DNA from: Camelus dromedarius | Taxonomy: Eukaryota | Length of the DNA: 64,000 nucleotides | Direction of reading: 5' to 3' | NCBI RefSeq assembly: GCF_036321535.1 | Contig: NC_087437.1 | Span: forward strand, 46,688,001 to 46,752,000 | Shown: positions 52,751 through 64,000 of the stretch, in pieces | Numbering within the stretch: the first letter of the stretch is position 1 | How the letters are laid out: the number at the start of each line of letters is the position of its first letter | The notes under the pieces: generated by a model | Told to the model about the DNA's origin: nothing | The model's database searches: none | The model's input: the letters and a program-made list of their open reading frames with translations, nothing else | Position numbers and translations under genes: made by a program

Positions 52751-53204
52751 AAGCCTTCTTTCAACACAAGCTAAAAGAAGCCTGCTATTTCTCATTTAAT
52801 ATTTATAAAGGACTATGGACAGAGGGAGGCAGAACAGGCAAAATCATTGGCTGGACATCTGTAATTAAAATTTCAAAAAAGATTATGCATGTAGTTTCCT
52901 ACTTTGGGGTGTAATTATGAGAGAGGTCTACCTAAATTAGTTAGTTAACTAATTGAAATTTCTATTTCTATTTTGCTACAGGAGACAATGCAGTTACAGT
53001 GCCTCAGTCCATAGAACAATGTCAACATTGATTCAGTAAAACAGAATTTGGCATAAGAAAAACTATCTAAGCAGCTTTGAAGTTGGCCAGATTAGGGTTG
53101 ATTCCCAGCTGGTAATTATCCATATGAATGTGGCTAAATTGATAGCCCTTTCTTAGCTTCGATTTTTTTTTTCTTCCTTAGTAAATGGTGATACTATTAA
53201 GTGT

Positions 53205-53680
53205 TGACTTAGTTTCCTGGGGCTGTGGTAACAAATTACTACAAACTTGGTGGCTTTAAAAAAACATCGAGAAATTTATTCTCTCACAGTTTTGGAGGCC
53301 AGAAGCCCCAAATCAGTATTTCTGGCCTGAAATCAAGATGTTGACAGCACCACATGCTCTCTGGGATGCTATGACAGAATTGTTCCTTGCCTCTTCCAGC
53401 TTCTTGTGGCTGTCGCGTTTCAGTGCTTGTGGCCACATCACTAATGTCTGTGTCTATCTTCATATCCTTTTCTTGTCTGTATAATCTCCATCTTCTCTCT
53501 TATAAAGACAAACGAGGTTGTCTTTAGGACCACCCAGATGATCTAGAATAACCTCGTCATCTCAAAATCTTTAATTTGGTCAAACCTCCAAAGACCCTAT
53601 TTCCAAATGAGGTGACGTTTACAGGTTCCAGGCATTAGGACGTGGATCTGTTTGGGGGGCTGTTTTTCTGCCTACCCCAG
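53205..53680. mobile_element. MaLR LTR (MLT1C-like) inserted in a MIR remnant
   Basis: 'ttagtttcctggggctgtggtaacaaattactacaaacttggtggcttt..tttggaggccagaag' to 'ttctgcctacccca'. Confidence 0.88.
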
Positions 53681-55669
53681 GGGTCCTCTTAGAGTTGCTT
53701 TATAATACCTGGCATATTTTATGAATTCAGTAACTTACCCTTTCCTTTTCCCTTTTTTGCTCCAAATCTCCAAAACCGCCATCCATAACACCACCTCCCA
53801 CCCCCGAGTTCCATGAAACTGGGCAACAAGCTCTGCCTGCCCTCGGTATCCCTGCTGACTTTAAGTCTTTCCTTCCACTACTAGTCAAAAACATTTGCTT
53901 TGGAGTTCCTAAGTCTAAAGCCCCAGACTTTGGAGGATTAAAAAAATAGGAAGAAACTTTTTCTACCAGCAAGGGGCTTACATCATGATGTGGGAGATGG
54001 AAAGCTAAACAGTCACTTGGAACAAAGGAAGGAGAGCAGGTATATTATTAGCCCAGGAGTATCTGTGATACACAGTAAGGTAGTAAAAGAACCAGCAATT
54101 ATTATTGAGAAGTAGGGGCTAGAGAAACTATCTTGAAGCCAATGAAATGTGAACTGGGCCGGAGAGATAAGAGGGATATCCATGGGTTAAAAATGTTGGA
54201 AGAGTTTTGCAGGCAAGAGGAGGCACGGAGCAGAGCACTCTCTTTTCTCTGGAAAAAATCAGTGTCGTCCCACCTCTCTCTGACTGCCCTAAGCACCTGC
54301 TCTGGATTAGCCCTTCCAAACTTGCTTTTTCTTCAGCTCCCCACGTGGGAAAATAACCTCTTCTCTCAATAGCCTCCCCCCACAACTAGCTGCTTTAATG
54401 TAGGTGTTGAAAGGAAAATAATATGATTAATCTAATTCACTGTATGGTGCGTATGACTGATAGCTCTTCCAGTCTCCCAGAACAAAAAGGAGTTTCTTAA
54501 CGTAGACAAATTTGTTGGGATTTTGTGCCATGTGTAAAATTATATCCAGGGAAAGTGTGTCCCTAAGCCACTTGTATTAAGAACGATTACTCTAACCTAA
54601 GAAAATGATAAGCATAGGAAATATTTCAAATGGGGAAAATGCCTAATTAAGCAGCAAAAATTCTGAGCCCTAGAAAACCATTATTTTTTATTCTCCATCA
54701 TGCCGATGTTGTCAGAAGAAAAGAATCCTGCCTCCCAATCTCATTCCTATCCCATCCTCCAAAAAGAGGAAAGAAAAAAAAACTTATTTTTAATTTTCTC
54801 TTCACATTTTCTAAGAGGCAACTTGGGAAGCAATGGACAGAAACAAATCACACAACCCTCCCCTTTTTTCAGCTAATTCAGAATGAATTGGATTTACACA
54901 AGCAACAGTGCTTAAGCAAAACCGTTCCTATGGTTACGCAGAAGGCTTGCTAAATGTGGCACAAGTTGCAGGCAGCCAAAATGACTTGACTGTTTATGTT
55001 AAAGATGAAGTCTATTCCCTATTGAAATTTAATGATCTACTAGCTGCATTTTAGCAGCTTGCACCCTGATAAAATTAACATTTCGAATACATTTGGAGAG
55101 ATAAATTGCTTTAGCAATTGGCGAGTATTCACTCATTTTTATTTGATCACATCAGCGATTCAGATGAAAGCATTTCCCCCTGTACTATTAGAAATTGGGT
55201 CTACAAATTATCCTCATCTCTGGGCCTGCAAGTCCCCAAACACATTTTATTATCTTTTTGCAGGTTAGCTAGTGCCAGATGTTAGACCTCACACTTGGGA
55301 AGAGAGCTCAGAAAAAAAAAATTGTTTTTCTTTTATAGCAACCAGGCAGAATCAACACTGATTCTTGTGGCATCTCTTGAGCCATTCCGTGGTTCTCAAA
55401 TCCAACAAGGTGAACAGTTCAGACAGGGTGAAGTCTGTTCCCCGCCTCCTCCTACTTCTCCTGAACGAGAAAGACAATCTGTCTGTTTTTAAAAGCTGAC
55501 AGGAAATTGGAGCTGGGAAAGATATATTCACTGCATATTTTAGCTGACACCATTCAAATTTACTACATACAGGCATTCCTTGATGTCTGTTAGTAGGAAC
55601 CTCCCATTCAGCAAAAATAGAAAATAAAAACAGCCTACAGGATGTCTCCCTTACATATTTATTTATATA

Positions 55670-55800
55670 ATTAGTTCAATTCAACTAATATTTATTGAAC
55701 ATCTTCTATAGACTAGGCATGATATAAAGGACTATAGCGATAGAAATGAAATACATAGTTTCCTGAACACAAATAGCCTTTGGTGAATTAAAGAGATGGG
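55670..55800 (-). mobile_element. L2 3' end
   Basis: 'ttcaattcaactaatatttattgaacatct..ctaggca'. Confidence 0.65.
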
Positions 55801-57044
55801 GGATAAATCATGTGATGCCAAGTCTTCCTTCCCAACCAATTTGTATCTCCATATCATCTTCACCGTCTTCCACCAATGCAGTCACACCAAACATGAGAAT
55901 TTTACTAAAGATCTGAGTTGTTGCAGAAGGATTTCTACATGCATATCACTAGGAATGACTTCCTAATGTATTCTCCATAAATCTCTCCTCTTCAGGTCAC
56001 CCATTGGTGGGGTTTCTTCTGCCTTCCCTCTTTCTCTCAGGGCCTCAATTCACTGGTATGTCTCTTTGCCTCAGGATCTCTCTGCCAAAACAGACTAAGG
56101 CTTGGAAAAAATGCCTCCTTTTCTATTCAACACCCAAGTCTTCATTTTCCATAACCAAGAAGTATGAAGCTTGGATCTTGGTAGATGAATCATATGAAAT
56201 TCAGCTACAGCACATTTAAATCCCTGAAACACAAGTTTATCAAATCTTCTCTAGCCTTTCTTTGTTAGAAGCAAAATATTTCATTGTAAATAGAAAACTA
56301 GACAAGCTGGACATTTAATAATAGTTTAATTATAATTTATTTCCTGAGATGAATGTACTTAACAAATCTGACACTTGAGAATTTCAATCTGTTTGAGGAA
56401 ATTTATTTTGAATTGGCAAGTAGAAATACATTCATCACATATTGATTCCCTTGTCAGGCTAATTCCCAAACTTAAGTGACCTCTTAGAGTGCTCTAATTA
56501 GTCGTTTTATTCATTGTGGTCTTTGTTATTAATATTTTTGTTGAAAATTTTAGTATATTTTTCCCTTTAGAACATTCACTGAGTGAATGAAAGATGCAAA
56601 TTTGTCCTTTTATTTCTGAAAAAAAAATAATTTTAAGAACTTATCTGTTCTTTCAGAATAAGTTTCAGGGGACTAGTATCCTAAATATGAGAGGTTATTG
56701 AAATATGTGTCTGCAGATTTTACAGATGATGCCCTGGAGTCTGACACCAAAATGAGTTTCAAAGGTGACCCATACCTTCGTGAGAGAGTAAGTCGTAACA
56801 AATGAATGTAGTTCAGAGGAATTTTATTTTGTGTTTTACAGCTTGGGGCATATTTCAAAGGAAACTTGCTCCCCTACCCTGTTCTTCTAAGAATATGAGA
56901 ATTCTTGGAAAGGACCTGATAGTTTATTAGGTAAAGTCTCCCAATAGTCTCCCAAAATCCAGCTTTTACGCCATCAATTATTCACCAAAATGCTACCCCC
57001 CCTCCCCCGCCCCGGACACCTTTTTCACTGTTTAAAATAAGTCC

Positions 57045-57145
57045 TGAGGGGAGGGTACAGCTCAGTGGTAGAGTGCCTGCTCAGCTTGCATGAGGTCCTG
57101 GGTTCAGTCCCCAGTATCTCTGTTAAAGCTAAGCAGTTTTTTTTT
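57045..57145 (+). mobile_element. tRNA-derived SINE (camelid vic-1-like)
   Basis: 'ggggagggtacagctcagtggtagagtgcctgctcagcttgcatgaggtcctgggttcagtccccagt'; TSD taagtcc at 57038-57044 and 57146-57152. Confidence 0.9.
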
Positions 57146-60100
57146 TAAGTCCCAACCCTGCTTAGAATACTGTTCTGATTAAAACCTAATTTCTAATATC
57201 CAGAGCTGACCTAGATGCCAGTTACTTTTTCCTTAGAGACGAAGTCTTCATACAGAGCTCCATAATGGTAGACCTCGGGTATAAAACCACAAAGCTGGGT
57301 CTTCATTGTGAAGGAATGGCTTAGGTAGGGGATGTGAGAATTTTGTAGCAGAGAAGTGAAATTATCAAACCTGATTTTGGACAGATGGGAGAGTATTACA
57401 GAGGACGTCACAAACTTGACAACATGGGGTTATGAACAGGAATGCCATGCCTAGTCAGTTGCTGCATGGTTTAAACTGCAGGAGACAGGTTCATTTCTAT
57501 GTAACCAAATGCCAAGAAGAGCATAGGTCGACGAAAATTTGTTTTTCCAAGAAACGATGACTCATTTTCCTGTCCTAAATTCACTGTTTCAAATTCAAAC
57601 AGGAATGTTTATTATACAATATCTTGGAAGACATATCTGCTCTTTCCACCCTTGTTCTATTTGCCTTTTTTATTTAAAAAAGAGGGAGGAGAGAAAGAAA
57701 AATGGTATCACAGAGTGCCAGATGGATTTAAAAATAATGCCTCTAAAGTATTGATGCCTCAAGTACAAATATAAGGAACTGTATTTAATAATTGTTTCCA
57801 ACATGCAACTTAGGAGATTTAAATAATATTTTCATGGGGTAGAAACGGTTAATATTCCAGGACTGATTTCCAGAGTTCACATCAACAGTCCATGCATAAC
57901 ATAATGTAAGATGTATTTAAATACCCAAAAGTAATTTCATCAGGCAATGAACCACGGTGTCTTTCCCATTTGTTCTTACTCAGAACACAACTCACCGGTT
58001 CACTCAGCATCCATCAGTTTTATTTTGTATCAGATACTCATTGTCTGAAGTAATAATGGATAAGTGATCCAGAGAATAGAACATCGCTTTGAACTGCTGA
58101 CACATTGCAGAATGCTGTGTTACGCAGGATTGTACTGCTAGCCAAAATACCCACGTTCAGCACAGAGCTCTTTGCAGAAAACATGCCACTGCTCCCACAT
58201 TTCTGTGTAATAGGTATTCTGTAGTAGGTGATTAGAAGTGGAAGCCTTTTTTCATTTTGTTCAATAAAACAGGAAATGGCATATGATGTGTTTGACTTTA
58301 ATCATATCACTACATAGACACATTTTTCATGAACTATATTTGAAAGCTTAGTTTTTATTTCTTCAGTGTAAAATATCTTAAAATAGTAACCAATTTGAGA
58401 CAAAAATGAGAGAGTTCTTTTATATCTTTATGTGAATTGTTTGGGAGGCAAATTTACATCATGTAAAATTAAAGTCCTTCAGGAGGAAAAAAATCTATCT
58501 CACTGAAATGCCACTGATTAATCAATAAAGAAGAGAATCAAAGAAGCATCTTCTGTTTTGCCATTTAAGCAAGATTCTGGATATGTGATTATTTTCAAAT
58601 GCACCAACACTTAACACAAGAACCCAAACCCAGGAGAGCTCTGTCTACATCATGAAGCCATTGCAAGAGCATTGTAGCAAGGGGGACACAGTTTACTACA
58701 GAACATAGATAAGGCATTTTTTTCTTGTTGCCACCCAGAGGCAAAAATATGGATGTATTTGGAAATGCTGGAAATATATGTATGTATGTGTGTATATATA
58801 TATAAACATGTAGATGTATGAGTATTCTTTTTAAGAGGTATTGATATAAAAATCAGTATTAATATCTATATCTCTTAAAAATGGTACCCTAGAGTTTCAA
58901 GTAACTGAAGTCTTTAGTTCAGAGAGGAGATAGTGTGTATTGGTTAATTGAATTTGCAAGTCACCAGATTGTTCCTGAGAATCTCATTGGCCTTTTTCTA
59001 AGCAAAGAGCCAAAGCCCTGACTAGCATGGAGCTGTGTGCTCTTTCCTTGTACATGGTAAGACACAACGTGTTGGTTTTCTCTGCTGCTTATTGCACAAA
59101 ATATAGAACCTATGTCTGTATCTTTGATGATTTAGAGACTTGAATTTCTGCAGGGTGATAACTGTATCCAATAGCTTAGATCCAAGTTTCCCTTTCCAAA
59201 CTACACAGACCCTGGAAATGAAAGGAATGGGGAAACAGGCCAAGCTACAACTGTTGTGCTGAGTGGAGGCAACGTAAAAGATGTGCAACATTGTAAAGTT
59301 GTCTGGGTATCTGAAAAATATTGACCTTTAGACTTAAAGTTGTTGGAGATTACATAAAATGTATGCTAACCTCATGGCACTACACTTGCTTTTACTAAGT
59401 ATGAGGGTTATAATTTGCCTTTCCACCCTGCTAGAGATTGAGTGTGCCCATTATCCCCAGGTGGCTTACTGGAAGTTCTTTCTAGCTGAGTTATAGATGA
59501 CTGAAGCTTTTCTATAATTATACTTATAAAAGGTTGTAAACATCTTCTATAACTGCTTGGGAATGCCTTGAATATCTTCTAGAAATGTAATGGCAGTAGT
59601 CATTTAGGTTTCAACCATACACACTTATTCCTTGACCTGTGATATTAATTAAAATTTTATTTGGCTATTTCGCTGCATGATAGTATAAAATGAATATATT
59701 TTATTAATTTTAGTGTTGACAATGTTGGAATATTTGGACACGTCTCCCGCTGAAATTCACTTACATTTAGCGCTCAACAGCCAGTCTCTGGTGAAGAAAA
59801 TCCTACTGGCCTTTATATTAGAAAAGGACGACACCACTGCTCTCCCATCACAGGAAGAGACTTACTTGTTTCTCCATTAGTGGGAATGGATTCACACTGA
59901 TCCATTTGCATTTTCCTGCTTCTTCTCCTTTGTGATTGAAGGCACCACATCTGAAATGTTGACCAGGGTACAAGAGCAGGGTAGAGAGCTGAGCACCACC
60001 ATATTCTCTGCTGGAAAGTGATCAGGGTCTGATCTTGTCTGGTTATTTGGGTAGATCACTAACCAGTCAGCCCCCAGTTTCTCTTCTGAAATGAATAACT

Positions 60101-60174
60101 TGGAATAGATTTTTTTATGGCCAAGAGAATTTTTTTTAATGTATGCAGATCATGTTTTTGTCTCTTCCCACCCC

Positions 60175-60480
60175 CAAAAATTTTATTAAGAAAATCTTCA
60201 TCTATAAAGGTGATAAAAGAATAATACAATGATCACTTTTATAACTCCACACCTAGAATCAAAAACTATTAGTATTTTCCCACATTCTCTTTACCTTTAT
60301 GAACCATTGGAAAGTAATTTGCAGACATTGTGACACTTTATTCTTAAATATTTCAGCACAAAACCTCTAAGAATAAGAACATTGTCCAATATAATACACA
60401 ACTTTAAAAGTAGCAATAATTACCTGATAGCTTCTCTTTTCCAACTCATTTTCAAATATCTCCATTTGTCTCACTTTCCC
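60175..60480 (-). mobile_element. L1MC/ME-type 3' fragment
   Basis: 'gaaccattggaaagtaatttgcagacat..taaatatttcagca..taagaataagaacatt'. Confidence 0.7.
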
Positions 60481-60849
60481 TACCCCCACTTAGGCGCCAA
60501 TTATCTTCCTCTCATTACATGTCATTGTTACTCAAAGACAACTTATAGTGTCATAAATCACGTGGGCTTTTATATGACAATGGATTTTCATGCAGGATCA
60601 GTTGATTTAAGAAAAATAAATGGCAAAAATAAATGAATTAGTGAATAATAATACCTAGTAAGTGGTAGTTGTTTAACATTTCCTTGCTGAATACATTAAT
60701 TTAGTAATGTTTTTAGTTGACATTGTATTTGACTAAGCACAACTGCAACTGAAGACATTTGTAAAACAGTAAGACATTTCTGTCTGAGAGGCATTTTAAA
60801 ATTCAGTCCATAGATTTTAATGATAGCTAATGTGATTTGATTATTTATT

Positions 60850-61030
60850 TTGCACCTGGTGTGGAGCCAAGCACTGAGTATTAACTCATTTAATCTTCTC
60901 AACAAAATGGGTACCATTTTATAAAGGAAGAGACTGGCAAATTAAGTATTTTGCTAAAGATTTCAAAGTTAGTAAGACAAATAATCTCTGTATAAACTTG
61001 AGCTTGAGGGCTTATCACATATACCAGAGT
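60850..61030 (-). mobile_element. MIR
   Basis: 'taactcatttaatcttctcaacaa..ccattttataaaggaagagactgg'. Confidence 0.65.
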
Positions 61031-61091
61031 GGTTTGCAAGACAATGCCTGCTTCATGAGGGGACTTCATCTGCCCTCTTGCAGTCCCTTGT

Positions 61092-61110
61092 CAGCGCCCC
61101 CTAGCAGACA
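61092..61110 (-). promoter_or_regulatory. CTCF core motif
   Basis: Minus strand TGTCTGCTAGGGGGCGCTG, close match to CCASYAGRKGGCRS with intact CpG; motif match only. Confidence 0.65.
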
Positions 61111-62689
61111 GGTTGCTGTCTGTCTATTTCACTCAAACATCCCAGCAGAAGCACTAGCAAACATTCTGCTTAATTATTGCTGTGGCCTTAAGGGAACTTA
61201 AAGCTCTGGGAGGAAGCCATTTGAAATAAAAAAAAAAAAGTGTGCATAGTTTTTTTGTTCAGAGAGAGCTATGAGCAAGGTCATGTCTGTTTCCTGAATG
61301 GACAGGGATAGGAAGGGAAAACTGGAGCATTTCCCAACTCCAAGAGAGCCAAGTTTTCACTGTGTCATTTCATTATTCTCTTTGAAGTAAATTCCCAGAA
61401 AGTCAGACACACCCATATCCAAACTTAAGTACAAAACACATCCTAAAGCCAACTGGGCATGATTCAGGGAGTTTGCCACCATCTTGGAATGCCTGTGCTT
61501 TTGTTCCGCTCCATTAGTGAAGATAATCGCATATTTCCTGTAGCTTTAGGGAATGCTGTTCAATCCAGCACAGGCATTTCAGTGTACAGGACCCTGAACT
61601 GTAGAGAGGATAAATTAGAAACAGTAAGAGATCACCTTCACTAAACCTCTGGTCCCACCACAATTGCAGAGTGTAGTTTGGTCTATTTTTTTCAAGCTGC
61701 CAGTATAGACTCTTTCTTATTCTTGTGGCTTCATTTCCCATGAAATGGATGTTTTACTATTCATTCTGTAAATTAGTCCTAGGCTAATTAAAAAATACAG
61801 TCATACTCTTATGGAGAAAAATTCTTCCTAAAAATCTGAGTAGATGGATTAAAAAAGAAAACTATCTGGCCTGCATCTGGTCTCTTTTATCAGATTAACT
61901 TCAAATCTGCTAGCACATTTTTTAAAAAACACAAATGAACTAAATTAAATATCATCGAAAAGTCAAAATTAATCATGAGCATGATCAATACTGTTTATAT
62001 CTTATGGATACAAAATCTGTGTATGAGACATGTTTTTTCTAGAAGCCTTATAGGCTAGACTTATGGAGAAGAAATCATGCAAAGTTTGACCACAAATGAA
62101 ACGTGGAATCGGTCCCAAGACCTTCTAGTCGTCCAGTGTGAAAATGCTCTAAATGCCTCTCATTCTGGGCCCTCAGTGAATACTAAGCAGGGGCAGCAAT
62201 TTCCTTTTCTGTCTAGTCAGGGTGTCGTTACTTCTGTAAAGCCTCTGAGCTGGTAAACACAGAGGAAAACACAATCCATCACAATCTGAACTAGGGCTTT
62301 TCTCACACTTCCCCTTTTTCATATGACTTTAGTCGCTGTGTAACCTACTGGAGATCTAAGAATATTTGTTCTCAGTTACCACTTATTAAACCTTAACCTT
62401 TCCTCTCCCAAATGCCAAGAAGTTCTAGCAGGTCTAATTAGCATAATTTATTTTGCCCTTTTCCATAAGCTGTTTGATGATGTTGAATTGCTGCTAGAGG
62501 AAGCTAACAACAACAACAAAAAAATCCACCAGCTTTTGAACACATCTCAGTCCCTTAGGGAAAAATGACATTTTATGTCACTGCTTGTCATGGTGTTTTC
62601 AATAGTTGTTTTCCCATTTTGAAAGTCCTTGGGGAAAGTTTACTTGTACCTTTCACATGTCTTTCTTTTATTAAAATACAAAATAAATA

Positions 62690-63612
62690 CAAGTTCTTAA
62701 TGTCCAAATACTTATTACTCTTGGCAGCCAGCCTCCTTTCATGCTACTGAACAGCCATCTTTGTCACTGCAGCCCATGACATAAGCCCTATGCGAACACA
62801 CTCACCAGGCTTCCAGGTAGCCACACTCATTTTCCTCCTACCTCTTTGGCGTTTCCTTTTCAGCCCCCTTCACTGGCTCCTCCTTCTCTCTCTGTCCTCT
62901 AAGTGTGAGAAAGGTTTAGTGTTCAGTTCTCTATCTTCTCTTCTCTAGGGACTTCCACTCCTTGGGCGAGCTCTTCATTCGCATGGCATTTCATATCTAA
63001 ACACTGGTGATTCTTAAGTGTTTACCTCGCTTGGAGCTCTGGGCTCCAGATTATGACACCTAATGCCTTTCTCAATATCTCAACTAAGATATCTGTAAGG
63101 TTTTACAAGTTTATCACAACAAAAAGAGAACCCTTGATATTTTCTCCAAAAGTCCTCTTTCTCTAGACATCTCGTTTTAATGAAACACACCACCATTCCA
63201 TCAGTTGGGTCAAGCCAAATCATATAGGCTTGATTTCTCTATTTCCTTTGTTTTCCATACACAAGACAAATCTTGCCATCTCTGCTTCCAAATTATACCC
63301 TGAAGTTGTCTCCTCCTGTCCTCACTGATATGACCCTCACCCAGGCTCCATCATCTCTTCCCATAGACTACTGAATTAGCCCAAAAGCTGGTTTCTAGCT
63401 CCCAATCTTTCCCCTCTACAGTCGACAGTAATACAGAAATATTATTTACTTTTTTAAGTTAGCCATCGCCTGCTTCCTCCACTAGAGTGTGAGCTTAGTG
63501 AGGACAGTGACTTTGCCTGTCTTGTCCAGACAAGCGTCCTGTGTCTCCAACACCAGGAGTAGTGCTTGATGTATAATAGTCACTTAATACTATTTTTGAA
63601 TAAATGGATAAC
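62690..63612 (+). mobile_element. L2 3' region
   Basis: 'ttttctcctacctc..ttcactggctcctcc', 'ccactagagtgtgagct..gaggacag', end 'cacttaatactatttttgaataaatg'. Confidence 0.85.
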
Positions 63613-63894
63613 TGGTCAGGAGACCTGGGCCAATAGGATCACTTAATCCATGTGACTTGTTTTGTTGGCCTTGAGTAATTATGGTTTTTTGTTTGTTTTT
63701 TTCTCAATGGTTTACTAACTTTAAAAAAGGACGTCTATGCTCTAATAGAGAAACCCTTGTTAAAAGTCTGGGTAGATGTGATTTAAAAAGAAAAAACTAT
63801 TGATGAAAAAATGGATTTATATTGACACTGATTCACCTGAAAGGTGTTTTAATTTTTAATTTTTTGTCCAAATCTTCAAGGGATTATGGCGATG

Positions 63895-64000
63895 AGCCTT
63901 AAACTTTAATGTTTATAGTAATCATCTGGAGGAGCTAGCTGATAAATCTGGTATTTTGGTTCTAAATCCTGATTTGTTAAAAAAGCCCCAAGTGACCTTG
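63895..64000. mobile_element. MER5-type MITE (truncated by window)
   Basis: 'cttaaacttt..aatcatctggaggagct..ttaaaaaagccccaagtga'. Confidence 0.5.

Noticed and set aside
57047..57120. Possible tRNA-Ala gene
   Set aside because: Has TSD and a tail, B-box is mutated and the 3' acceptor stem is missing; it is a SINE
1..64000. CRISPR arrays, operons, rRNA, intact retroviral or transposase ORFs, CpG-island promoter
   Set aside because: None seen; the sequence is eukaryotic non-coding DNA with only degenerate elements

Overview
AT-rich, CpG-depleted mammalian (eutherian) genomic DNA, largely repeat-derived or non-coding. Two tRNA-derived SINEs resemble the camelid vic-1 family, and no Alu, B1/B2, Bov-tA or PRE1 is visible, so a camelid origin is likely (inference). 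No intact recognisable protein-coding gene is present. The clearest gene-derived features are a full-length processed RPS24 pseudogene (minus, ~36314-36831) and a diverged U6 snRNA retrocopy (minus, 514-612) abutting an old L1 3' end. The rest is layered L1, L2, CR1/L3, MIR, MaLR/ERVL/ERV1 LTRs, hAT MITEs and microsatellites, plus a strong CTCF motif near 61.1 kb. The best lead for something undescribed is a set of minus-strand exon-like segments at 1.3-6.3 kb. It includes two phase-compatible microexons, a 147-nt symmetric exon with one stop and a 155-codon open frame, and may be a decayed or unannotated multi-exon gene. This is tentative. Repeat family names and boundaries come from visual recognition, not an alignment run, so they are approximate.
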